Assembly (NCBI GenBank): GCA_003693705.1
Contig: RBZT01000789.1
Location: forward strand, 16,880-80,879
Reading direction: 5' to 3'
Origin: Polymyxa betae A26-41
Lineage: Eukaryota > Protista > Endomyxa: Phytomyxea
DNA length: 64,000 nucleotides
A model generated the notes under the pieces. The model saw only the letters and a program-made list of their open reading frames with translations. It did no database searches and was not told where the DNA came from. This document shows, piece by piece, positions 11,526 to 22,415 of the stretch. A program made the translations under genes and the position numbers. Every line of letters begins with the position of its first letter. The first letter of the stretch is position 1.

Positions 11526-11921
11526 ATGGCTCTGAAACGCTCGCTTATCATTGTCTGTCTGGCGATCATCTGCCTGGCCATGCTGGCCCAATGCCAGACG
11601 GGCAACGGCAATGAGACGCGCAGCGCATCGGCGCAGAAGCCGAGCCCGAAGAAATGCTACAAGAACTGCCAGAGCCAATGTAAGGACTATTGTAAGAGCA
11701 AGTTCAAGCAGGGCGGCGACAAATCAGGCAGCGGCAGTAACGGCGGAAGTCGCAACGGCGGGACTCGCAACGGCGGCGGCAACAACGGCGGCGGCAGCAA
11801 CGGCGGCAGTAACGGCGGCGGTCAGTTGTCGTTCTCGATGCCGGAAGGAAAGGGCCACAACTACAAATACTGCAAAGACAAATACTGCCCGCAATACTGC
11901 AAGAAACATTGTCGTTCTTGA
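11526..11921 (+). CDS. Small secreted cysteine-rich protein, hairpin family member 3 (long Gly/Asn loop)
   Basis: Signal peptide MALKRSLIIVCLAIICLAMLAQC; CYKNCQSQCKDYC-[~59 aa NGG repeats]-CKDKYCPQYCKKHC; AATAAA at 11951. Confidence 0.85.
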   Translation: MALKRSLIIVCLAIICLAMLAQCQTGNGNETRSASAQKPSPKKCYKNCQSQCKDYCKSKFKQGGDKSGSGSNGGSRNGGTRNGGGNNGGGSNGGSNGGGQLSFSMPEGKGHNYKYCKDKYCPQYCKKHCRS

Positions 11922-12128
11922 GCGACTTTTAATGTACCTTCCGAGTCCATAATAAACCGTTGAATGGAGTGTTGGCAATATGGTGATGATCGACGAGCTT
12001 CAGATGGTGGACGACGACGGCGGCATCGATACGAATGAACGCCCCCCCGAACAGCAGTGCTCTGCGTATTCATCGCCGACCTGATAGCGCCGATCGATTC
12101 GACCGAATAACATCATTCCACATTCATC

Positions 12129-12590
12129 ATGATGACAGGAAAGCGCACGGCGCTCCTCTTCTACCTGGCGATCGCCTTCCTAACCCTGGCGGTCCGACCC
12201 GAGACAGCACGGACGACGACGACGACGAGCAGCGAAATCCAAGCACCGCAAGCCTACACCTATGGATATGCTGGGGGAGCACAACAGAGCGGACACTATC
12301 CAGCGCCGCCGCCAACATTCGGTGAAGCTGCTGAAGCTGGTGAAGACGACGAAGCGGAGCCACAGAACGGCGGCGCCGCCCTGCCGTATATCGCGCCGCC
12401 GCCGCCGCCCGGCAAGAAGCACTTCTCGTACGTGTTCGGCCGCCCGCGACGCCGCTGGCGCTGCTACCATCGCTGCATGCGACGCTGCTGGAAATGGTGT
12501 CCGAGGTTGTATCCGGGCGGGTACGGGTTCTGGTTCTGCCAGGGACATTGCCCCTATAAATGTAAGAAGCGATGTCGTTGGTTTTGGTAG
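12129..12590 (+). CDS. Small secreted cysteine-rich protein, hairpin family member 4 (12-aa loop)
   Basis: Signal peptide; acidic/Pro pro-region; RPRRRWR-CYHRCMRRCWKWC-x12-CQGHCPYKCKKRC-RWFW. Confidence 0.85.
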   Translation: MMTGKRTALLFYLAIAFLTLAVRPETARTTTTTSSEIQAPQAYTYGYAGGAQQSGHYPAPPPTFGEAAEAGEDDEAEPQNGGAALPYIAPPPPPGKKHFSYVFGRPRRRWRCYHRCMRRCWKWCPRLYPGGYGFWFCQGHCPYKCKKRCRWFW

Positions 12591-14064
12591 AATGGTGGCT
12601 GTCGCTGATAGTCCAACAACATGGTTCATGATCAAATGAAAGAAACCGTTTGCAGCAATACAAAAGGAGTTTGGTATTCACCTATAGATATGGGATCCAT
12701 CATCACAATTTGAACTTCGATGCAACAAACCGGACCTTTGTGTCGGAATGATATCACGGAACTCGGTTGCCGTTTCCAGATCTTGAAACGTTCTACACAA
12801 CCAGTATATCGTTAACTGCAATATAACGTTATAGCCATGAGTATCGTTTCTTATTTGCATATTCAATTCATCGTTACTTCTCGAGCTATTCTGTACGTTC
12901 TGCTGCCAAGTACATCACCGAAGATTGCTCAAATTATTTTTCGCACGATTACCTTGAGGAATACGTCTAAGAATGCAGGAACATCTATCAATACTGTGGA
13001 TGTTCACACAGCTGAACTTGAAGTTTCCTTCAATTTTTCGACAATGTTCTGAGTAATAATGAAGTACTCTCGATCACCAGTATCAATACTATTTACATGC
13101 ACACAGCCGCGTTTGGGAATTTCTGTCTTCACTGGAATCATCGCTGAATATTCTCGACAGTGTACTGAGCAATAATGAAGCACTTATAGAATTAAATAGT
13201 GCAGCACATAATTCTGTCTTGTTAACGAATTGACTATGGGAAGTTCACTGACCGCTGTGAACAATGAACTGGGTGATAAAGACAATTTCTTTTGTGAAGT
13301 GCTTACACAACTCTTAATACCACTGTAGAAGCAATTGACGCGCACAAGGTGCTGCCGATGCTGCCGCGTATCTGGTTTGGAAAACATCGGTTGAAGGCTA
13401 TGAAGCATTAACCAGGGGAGATCGAGGAACTTGAAGCCCATGTAGATAGATGGTTTAGTATCGCATGCCGAACTTGAAACTGGTACGAGCTTTCCATCAA
13501 TTGCGAGAGACATTTCTGCTATCCTGTGTTGAAACAGTTGCAAGCATTATTGATTATTGCCAAAAATACTGCGATTGTTGAATGTGTCTTGTTCTGCCAT
13601 AAGCTCTATGTAGCCTGGGGTTGCTGAGAAGACAATCTGCTACTATATTAGCCATTCGACCGGCAAAACACCCAATCTGATTTGAATTTTGTGCATTGTC
13701 TTCATATGCATTGTCTTCTTATCATCTGCCTAGCAATAGCTTCCTAGTCCTGTTTAGCAGAGACAACATCTGTCCGATTGGCCTTGATCGCCTTCTGAAG
13801 CCAACACAAGCTGTATGGAAGCGTCGGCCAACCTCGTTCTGTCCAAGACAAGCCTCACGACTCGCTTATGCGTCCTCCCCAGCTGAATCCTGTGTAACCT
13901 GCACTCTCAATACCAGTCTTATGATGGATGAGAGAGACACTTACAGGGCTCCTTCAGTCCCATGGCCTCATACAGAGCCATCATGCGCATGTGGATGGCG
14001 CGGCCAGCCCTTGTTACCCCTTCAAGCGTTCGGTAAGACATCAGTGCTGTTTTAAGTCAAAAAG

Positions 14065-15948
14065 ATGAGCGATCTTGCTTCGTCAAAGGCGGAGACACAG
14101 GCCGTCGATTTCTTCGGTTCGTATGTGAGTGAAACTCGCCGGCGTCAAGCTAGGACGTGGGCAATGCTGTACGAACCTTTCTCAACAATCCAACCTTGAC
14201 GACTTACTTGGGATTTCTAGCTATGTGAATTCGATGAAATGTTTTGTGGTGAGTACGATAACTCTAAGCTTTCTAACCTCTGCGAGCAAGGTATGACTGT
14301 CGATGTAACTCCTGTTACTGAAGCTGATCTGAACTGCAACCAGAGTTCTCATATTTCAATATTTGAGTATTTTTTGCTCTTCTGCAGCGTTTTTTATCTG
14401 CCTTTGATTGCTGTGTACCTCATAGTTGCCTGGTAAGTGGTGCCGGCTGCGTAGTATCGCCGGGCTCAATGCATGAATAGTTTTGCCGATTATCTCGGTC
14501 TAAGCGTGACAATTGTCAGCTTAATTGACGACGCTTTGAAAGAACATGCTTTCTATGGGCTGTCCCCAACAAATGCGGGAGCATCGCTTTACGATCCTCC
14601 AAAATTCTTGGGGTACATTAAGGTCAATCAGAACTGTGAGACAAAAGAAGATGGCCAAAAGAACCTTCGAATTGCCGATGCGTTGTTAGGTGTGGCTCAT
14701 ATAATGGTTGAGCTCCTGTCAACTAATCTATCATTGTCTAATAGTCGATGGCTCGCTGCACTATAAGCTTCATCCCAAAAAAGCTGCGGCTGTATTAGGA
14801 TTCAATAATGTCGTTCCATCCAGCTACGTTCGTTTTACAAGGTTTAATATTCATAATTTATCTATTTGCTCGTATTGATAATGTTCAGAACATTAACTGA
14901 GGACATCCGCCTTGAGTTAGTTACAGTAAAACAGCAAGGTTTGCTCAAAAATGAACTTCTGCGGTTCGACAAGGACGTAGCTAAAGCCATGACACGCTTC
15001 TGTGCGTTGTCATACGAGATTTCCAAATCGACAGAAGGACTAGAAGTGAAAAGCAACCTTGAATTCACACTTCTGGAAAGGTTCGGCTTTCCTTCAAACA
15101 TCAAATGCCGACTGTTGTTCCAAGACCCCCAATGGCCCCAAAATCATGCAGTTGCATTTTGGTGTCCGGAGGATCATTGGATAACCGTTGCTTTCAAAGG
15201 AGCGGTTGCATGGAATATCGAGAAGCAAATGCTAAATGTTTGCAACGATACAGTCATTCTAGAAAACGGCGCCAAGTGCCATCAGATAGTATGGCAACAG
15301 CTTTGCGGCGAAGACAATCATGAGATCCCATATAACATTATCTGCAAAGAACTGGATAGCATATATCAAGCAAACTGGCCGCCGGAATCGAAACCTGTAT
15401 TGTTTCTCACCGGCCAGGGCATTGGAGGCTCGATTGCAGAACTATTCCAATATCTGAAGTTGTCAGACGGGCGCAACCAAGAACATTCAATCATAGGGTA
15501 CACTTTCGGTGCCTTAGGCATTGGGGACGAAACTTTCTGCCGTGATTTCAACAAGCGAATTAGAAGTTACAATGGCAGAGCAACGTTGTTTACCGTTCAT
15601 AATTCTCTGGACCTATTCGCTGCTCTTCCAATCGGATTGCAATCACCTGGTCACAATGTCTCCTTATTTATGTCTTGGAATGTGTTTCTGGATACGCCAG
15701 TTGTACACCTTACAGATCTGATATTCTGGGTAACGAGGCGAGTCAAAGCCTTCATTTCTGCACAAGGCCAAAATACCATCGACGCAATTAGAGGCGACAG
15801 AAAAGCTTTGCTCTCAGTGATTTTTTGGTTATGGTGTAATCCCGCAAAGCCGTTCTGCGACAGATTGCCCATTTCGTATTTCCGCAACCTTGACGATATA
15901 GATATCAGAGTTGTCGAATCGGAGGCGCTATCAGGCGAAAACATTTAA
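14065..15948 (+). CDS. Lipase class 3-fold protein with N-terminal hydrophobic segment, probably catalytically inactive; multi-exon
   Basis: ITVAFKG, VLFLTGQGIGGSIAEL (canonical GHSLGG), GYTFGALGIGDETF, VHNSLDLFAALP; 5' exons approximate. Confidence 0.75.
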
Positions 15949-16061
15949 CATTACACTACGTTTTTCGCATTAAAAGTTTTGTTTTACACAGCCGACTTCG
16001 TGACTTCGTGATGGAACAAACAGTTATCACTTGACATAAGGCATAAGCCATATATTGGGAT

Positions 16062-17985
16062 TTAAGCAGGGATTTCCAACCAATACTGATCTTCCAGCGC
16101 TTTTAGCAGAGAATTGGTTATCTTGAACTGAGAAGCTCGTGACAAAATCTTGAGAGTCAAGTTTAAAAAATACGAATATGGAAAAGGAAACAACAAACCG
16201 ACCTCATCCACATCTCCGCAAAGCAGTGTCGAAGGACGATGTTTAACAGCCTGAATAATCATCTCGAAACGCATATGGAGAAGCTGTGGTTCAGCACGCC
16301 CCAAGATTGCCAAAGCAACCTTGACCAGCGATTTCCAGCCGAATATTAAAAACAGGTCCCAAATTCGGCCGACATCGCATACAGCGAACGAATACGTGAA
16401 GAGAGAAATAAACCATTCCGAGGCGTATAACTCGCCAGATACTGCTTCCTCGGACAGATGGAGATGTAATGTCTGACCACATATATCTCAGATCCTCCAT
16501 AAGCGGAAAGCGTTTTTTAATCGTACTGGTAAATACATCGCTAAAAGTCTATCAAGTTGATAGAGGCAGAGCCGAAGATGAGGTAGACCAGGGGCAAAGA
16601 TCCACCTGAAGCTGATGTTAGCTTCGAAACGGAGCAAAACTCAGCTTCAGCATACCTGAGCTGATAGTCCTGCATTAGAATGTCGAAAAAGGCAAACGCC
16701 TTAGTTTCAATTTCTAACGTCAACAGATAGGCAGCGACGTAGTTCATTCCCTGGCAATACCCGACCTAGGACAAAGTGTAAAGTGCCCGCCTTCCGCATA
16801 AAGCAAAAAACAAGTGACCTGGCGATCGGCAAGCGCATAACAGGATAACAAGCGGAATAAAGACTCGGATTTGGAGCCAGAACGAAATATTTCCACATCC
16901 GGCATTGTCCTTCACATAAATGAAGTCAGTAAAAATCAAACTTGTCAAAAATCGTATATCAAGGCAGCTTAAAGAGAGGATGTAAAACAAAAGGAGGCCC
17001 TACCTAGCGATATCGCGCTGTATCCGAGCCACAGTGGCATCATTATCGAAGGGATCTTCTCCGACATTAACCAGTTGCTAACAATACGTAGTCAGATATC
17101 GGATCAGCCATGAGGCTAGGTTATTAGTACACAGTACAGATGTGCACTTTGAGCGAGACGATCATTGGCGTCCAAGACGGCGATCCTATCACAATACGTT
17201 AGACGTTTGGGCTGAACGACGTTGTATTCTTCTGACCAGTATCGGAAACGCTGATCATTGTGAAAATCTCCTCGCCAAACCACTTGCTTGAGGTATGGTT
17301 TGTAGCGGAACAGGCCACAAAGGAACCGGTTCCAGCTGCTGTTTACAGAACGAAGCGAGAAACATGTGGAAACGTCCATAAACATCATGATGTTAGACAT
17401 CACATTGGCAGGTAATCCAAGCGGAATGGTATCTGCTCACCGATATCAATTAAAGTAAGAAAAAAATGTCAGAAAATGAAGCGGACGTGGAAAAGTCCTC
17501 ATTTAAAGATTAAAGGGCAATTCATGGAATGAGCACTTTGTTAACACAAACGACAGAAGAGGGGAATTGGGGACACTGAAGAAGAGCACAAGAGAAACAA
17601 TAACGGCTGTTCGGTTCAAAAATATTTGAAGATCAAGTCGGCACAAAGGCTTTGCAAGTAAAAGGTTCCGACAATGTCGAAACAAAGCAAAAATTATTCT
17701 ACCGATGTCAATGGAATTTTGGAGACGAGGCAGACGAACAGGACCTCGATAACGATGATCATGACAAGCTTCATTCGAAAGAGTCGCAGCGCGACCTGCA
17801 TCGAGCTCAGCGCGGCGCTTTTCAGCCTGCTCTTGGCGTCGTCGTCGATTTCGGGTGCTGATCTGATCCTGGACAACCATGGCGCCAGCACCAGCAGCCA
17901 CAGCTAACAGTCCTAAAGCCAGGGCCATGCCGGGCGATGACCCGCCACCGCCACCGCCGCCGCCTTGGCCTGGCCCACCCCGCAT
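16062..17985 (-). CDS. Rab-GAP TBC-domain protein with F-box-like segment and probable N-terminal membrane anchor; multi-exon
   Basis: IQRDIAR (IxxDxxR, ~17005-17025) and GYCQGMNYVAAYLL; LPANVMSNIMMFM...LRSVNSSW is F-box-like; the 5' exon 17703-17985 joins in frame through a 270-nt GT-AG intron (less certain). Confidence 0.75.
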
Positions 17986-18585
17986 CAATGAAAATGAACG
18001 GCACCGAATCCAACGCTAAAGCAGAATTAAAGTGCACTTTGAAATTCTCATCCACATTTCGGTGGCTTTTTATGGCATTATTCCCTTTGCAAGACATATT
18101 GCGTAAGGCGCACTTTTTAAAAGGATTTTCACTTTGTCCTGCTCACTTAGAGAATCATCTGAAAATACGCAAGATAGAATACCGGTAATATGTACGGTAG
18201 TAAACAAACTTCAGTCACTGGAAACAATTCGAAACACTTTAATTCATTTCTTCTGGGAAATCAATTTTCATCCCTTCTGGTGGGAATCCGTTTTTCATCT
18301 TGTTTTTTTGCTAGCTTAAAGGGTCAAGTCCTTTCCGATCAGACCTGACCGCCACGGCTTTTACCAGACAGGCCTTAGAGAGAAAATAAGATAACAGAGT
18401 TATGGACATGATTGTGCAAGTTCAGGTATTGATAATGATAAATTGCAAAATTGCAGATTCGCAAAAGTTAAAAAGAAGACATCAAATAAAAACTTTATGT
18501 AACCAAAAACTGCGAGAGTGCGCAGCTTTTGCCAAATAGTGAAAGTCCTCGCAGTTCTCTTGCCGCTCAGCAAACGGCTGCCGCC

Positions 18586-20610
18586 ATGGTCCGGACCAAG
18601 AAGAAGGCCTCGGGGCATGCGGCGGATTTCAAGAAGGTCAAGCAGAGGGTCGGAGGGCGAAAGGTCGCCCCGGCCAATGAAACCCGAACCGAATTCCGTT
18701 CGAAGCGAATCAATGTCCCGCAGCAGATGCAGCGCCGCCCGGACGGCGTCGACGCCGGCCCGGACCTGAACGTCGCCGATCTGCTCAGCAAAACGCAGCA
18801 TCACAACGCCCGCGAACGTCGCCAGGCCCTGGAACAGCTGCGCCGCGCTTTGCAACGTTTCCATGGTAACGTGACATACGCCGCCACGGTAACGAACATC
18901 ATTCGGGTCGTATCACGTCTCATTCTCGACGACGATGGCGGCGTCCGCCGCGCTCTGCATGGCCTGCTTCGATCCGCGGATTTCGCGCTGATCGCGTCGT
19001 TCGCTGCCGACCAATTACACCGCTTCGTTCTGGCTGCCATGACGCACCCTTCCATGGCGATCCGGGTCGATGGCGTCGCTGCCCTCGACGCCATCGTCGA
19101 CGTGGCCGCCGGCGCCACGTCGGGTGTCCGCGAGCAGTATCTCTCTGCTATGGTCGCCGCCTTAACAGAGCGCACAGAGACCGACGCTCTCGGTCTCGGC
19201 AAAGGCTCGCTCAGCGCCGCTCTTCGCTGCTGTGTGGTGTTGCTGGCGACCGACACCCCAGCACCCCAAACCCTAAATCCTACCCCCAATCTCGCTCTCC
19301 TTCACACTCCAGATCCTTTCCAACTTCCCCCAACGCCTTCCGTGCCTCTCTCCGCCGACCTCATCGAACAGCTCGCCGCCACTCTCATCGAATGCGCTAT
19401 CGAGAGCGCCGGCGACAACGCCTTCAGTTTATCGCTCTGTGTCCAGGGCCTGTACGCCTGCCTCGGGCCGCGCCTTCCCAAGACTATTTGCGATCGCGTT
19501 TGCGATCACATCCTGCCACTGTTCGAGGCGCCTTTCGCGGACCAAGATCTGAAGCTACAAATATGTCGTCTGGCGGCGTCTCTGCTACAATCTCTCCCAG
19601 ATCATATGACGCCCTTCCTATCACGATCATTGTCGTCATCGGACCTGTCGCTACAGATTCTGCTTCTAATCGACAACCTTCCACTCACGCTAACAGAAGC
19701 CTTCCTTGGCGCTCTTGAGACCATCACGCCGTCGTCCGCCGTACTCGACGTCTGCCGGAGATTCTTCCCGCAGTTCAGCAACGACGTTCGCGAGCGCGTC
19801 CTGAACGTTGTCTCGCGACGTTTCGCAACCGCCAGCTCCGACGCCATCACATTGCTGCTGGATGGCGTCCGCCTCTATCAAACGCCATTCGATGCCCTTC
19901 TGCTCTTACACCAGATGAACCGCATCATACCGGCCGACCAGGCGCGGATCGCGGCTCTATTCGGATACGTCGAGCTCGGGACGGCGGCCCTGGCGCCAAT
20001 GGCGTCGGCGGTCAGCGACGCCGCCATCTCCGTCACGGCACGATCGCTGCTGCTCGATCTCGTACTGGACCGCGCGCTGCTGCTGCCGCCCGACGCCGTC
20101 CTGTCCCTGCTGCTGACGGCTGCCGCGCATTGCGACGAGATGCTGCCGTCGGTCCGATCGGCGTTATCGCGCTTGGAGACGCAGCGCGCCGGTGTTTGCT
20201 CGGCGGCCTTCGATGCCATTGTCCGTCTGCTTCCGACCCGCGATGATCGTGGGCAAGTACGGCGGCTGGTGTCCGTGTCGGCCGGCTGTATGACGCTGGC
20301 GTCGCATCCGGAACGTATCATCGAGCATGTTTGGTCTGTATGGGAGGAAGCGATCGATCGTCGGTCGTGTATCGAGATTGTATCAGCGGCGGCGATCATG
20401 CCCGAGGCGCTGTTGGCGTTCCTGCGCCAAACGACGTCGGTCGATGCGGATGCGTTCACGGCCTTGTTGGAGACCGAGGCGCTTCGGCGATGCTGGGTGC
20501 CGCATCGCAAATCGATCGAGGCGGTTCTGACATGTTTAACGCCCTCTCTGACCGATGCTCAGCGTCATTATGTGGATGCGGAAATGTCCATCATTTTTGG
20601 TCTGAAATGA
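18586..20610 (+). CDS. IPI1: Pre-rRNA processing protein IPI1/TEX10 (Rix1 complex)
   Basis: ADFKKVKQRVG..K..PANETRTEFRSKRINVPQQ...LLSKTQHHNARERRQALEQL and AMTHPSMAIRVDG match Ipi1_N; helical repeats follow. Confidence 0.85.
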   Translation: MVRTKKKASGHAADFKKVKQRVGGRKVAPANETRTEFRSKRINVPQQMQRRPDGVDAGPDLNVADLLSKTQHHNARERRQALEQLRRALQRFHGNVTYAATVTNIIRVVSRLILDDDGGVRRALHGLLRSADFALIASFAADQLHRFVLAAMTHPSMAIRVDGVAALDAIVDVAAGATSGVREQYLSAMVAALTERTETDALGLGKGSLSAALRCCVVLLATDTPAPQTLNPTPNLALLHTPDPFQLPPTPSVPLSADLIEQLAATLIECAIESAGDNAFSLSLCVQGLYACLGPRLPKTICDRVCDHILPLFEAPFADQDLKLQICRLAASLLQSLPDHMTPFLSRSLSSSDLSLQILLLIDNLPLTLTEAFLGALETITPSSAVLDVCRRFFPQFSNDVRERVLNVVSRRFATASSDAITLLLDGVRLYQTPFDALLLLHQMNRIIPADQARIAALFGYVELGTAALAPMASAVSDAAISVTARSLLLDLVLDRALLLPPDAVLSLLLTAAAHCDEMLPSVRSALSRLETQRAGVCSAAFDAIVRLLPTRDDRGQVRRLVSVSAGCMTLASHPERIIEHVWSVWEEAIDRRSCIEIVSAAAIMPEALLAFLRQTTSVDADAFTALLETEALRRCWVPHRKSIEAVLTCLTPSLTDAQRHYVDAEMSIIFGLK

Positions 20611-20649
20611 GAATCTAGTTGATTATCACCCTCGATTTTAATCGCGGCC

Positions 20650-21235
20650 TTTAAATAAATCTATTCCAATCTCCATCTAAGACCGTCATTGTATTCAGCG
20701 CCAGCTAACTCGATCTCTTTTGTTCTTATCTCTTGTTGTGGCTTCGACTCGGTAACGTTCTTGTTTAACTAAGAGCAATCTCAAGAATCCAATCCAGGAG
20801 GTCTCGTCATTCCCTCTCAACGTTGTATCGCGAGCTTCATCTGGTTAAGAGCAGGCGATCCATCGGCGTGCTATTGATAAACACATCGTGTCTTAAGTTC
20901 GTGCAAACCAACCTGAAACCAGATGCGATCGGCAAATCGAACTGGCTATCAAAAAGACCATTCTCATCGCTCGAGACTGCAAACAACGGGCCACGTTTAT
21001 TGTTCTGGCTGTTTCCAAATGTGATAACACAGTTCGCTGCGTTTTCGTCAGGAGAATAATCGGCAACGAAAAAACTTTGTTCAGGTTTCAGAAGCCCAGT
21101 GAGATTGTGTGAACAGAATGACATTGATGTGCGACAATGTTGTACAAGGTCATCGCTGATGCCGTTCTGCTCCATTGAAGGAACGACAATGAAGAGGTAT
21201 GGGCCGAATTCGCAACGAATATCCAGTAAAATCGA
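20650..21235 (-). CDS. Hypothetical protein (boundaries uncertain)
   Basis: 112-aa ORF at 20837-21175 with plausible flanking splice sites; no recognised domain. Confidence 0.3.
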
Positions 21236-21438
21236 CGTTCTCTAAATAGCATTCTGTGCGATCAGCGTGGCCATCCTGAAATACGTCTAAACGAGACAAA
21301 CCCGCTTATCTGTTCTCAAAGCAACTGAAGCCTTCGAATGCCGAATAACAAAGGCGGAACTATTAAGAACCTGCCCATATAATATAGTCGAGAGGGCCAC
21401 GGAGTCCGCGACGGCATCTTCACTTCATTGTCAACAAG

Positions 21439-22093
21439 ATGGCGACCAACTATGCTGTCGAAATCAAGCTGTTCGGCAAGTGGTCGTTCGATGACGTCCA
21501 GCTGACCGACATCTCTCTGGCCGATTACATCGCCGTCAAGGAGAAGAACGCTCTGTTCCTGCCTCACTCGGCCGGTCGCTTCCAGACCAAGCGCTTCCGC
21601 AAGGCTCAATGCAACATCGTCGAGCGTCTCGTCTGCTCGCTGATGATGCACGGCCGCAACAACGGAAAGAAGCTGATGGCCGTCCGTATCGTCAAGCACA
21701 CCTTCGAACTGATCCATCTGATGACCGGCGACAACCCCATCCAGGTCTTCGTCAACGCCGTCCAGAACTGCGGTCCTCGTGAAGACTCGACCCGAATCGG
21801 GTCGGCCGGTGTCGTCCGTCGTCAGGCCGTCGATGTCTCGCCTCTGCGTCGTGTCAACCAGTCCATCTATCTGATCACGACCGGAGCGCGGGCCGCCGCC
21901 TTCCGCAACATCAAGACCATCGCCGAATGTCTGGCCGATGAGATCGTTGCCGCCGCCGCCAACGACAACCAGAAGTCGTACGCGATCAAGAAGAAGGACG
22001 AAATCGAGCGTGTCGCCAAGGTATGTGAGAGTTTCGTTGTATCCCGTTGTGGCGTGGTTTCATTGAGCATTTGTGTCTTAGGCCAACCGATAA
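21439..22093 (+). CDS. RPS5: 40S ribosomal protein S5 (uS7)
   Basis: [12 protein letters not shown]...[14 protein letters not shown]...[30 protein letters not shown]; intron 22021-22081, last exon ANR*. Confidence 0.98.
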
Positions 22094-22415
22094 ATTTGTT
22101 CGTTTGTTGCTTACATTTACCTCCTTTTGCAATAAACCATTCATCGTTCTTGATCTTCATCCTGCTTGTCTGTAATTTATAGATTAAAATCGTTCGCGAA
22201 TTTGGATCACTGCTAGAAGATTCTGGTTCTATGAGATCTGTGTTTTTTTTGCAGCTGAGAAACGATAGCTTTGGCAGAAATGATCTTAAAAGTCTGAAAT
22301 AATTGTCATCGTCTTGGATTTAAACGAAACATCGCCAACAACTACATTTTACTGGAGATTTCCGTAATCGAACAACTCGGCTTTTATATTAACGATAGAT
22401 AACGAAGTATGATAG

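Noticed and set aside
10031-12590. Homology to cnidarian minicollagen Cys-rich domains
   Set aside because: No terminal CC and no Gly-X-Y tract; only CxxxC spacing is shared
9822-12681. Many overlapping alternative-frame and antisense ORFs across the Cys cluster
   Set aside because: By-products of GC-rich, stop-poor coding DNA; only the four signal-peptide ORFs share a conserved pattern
22021-22182. Hydrophobic C-terminal extension of RPS5 in the ORF track
   Set aside because: Read-through into intron 22021-22081; the spliced end is the canonical AKANR*
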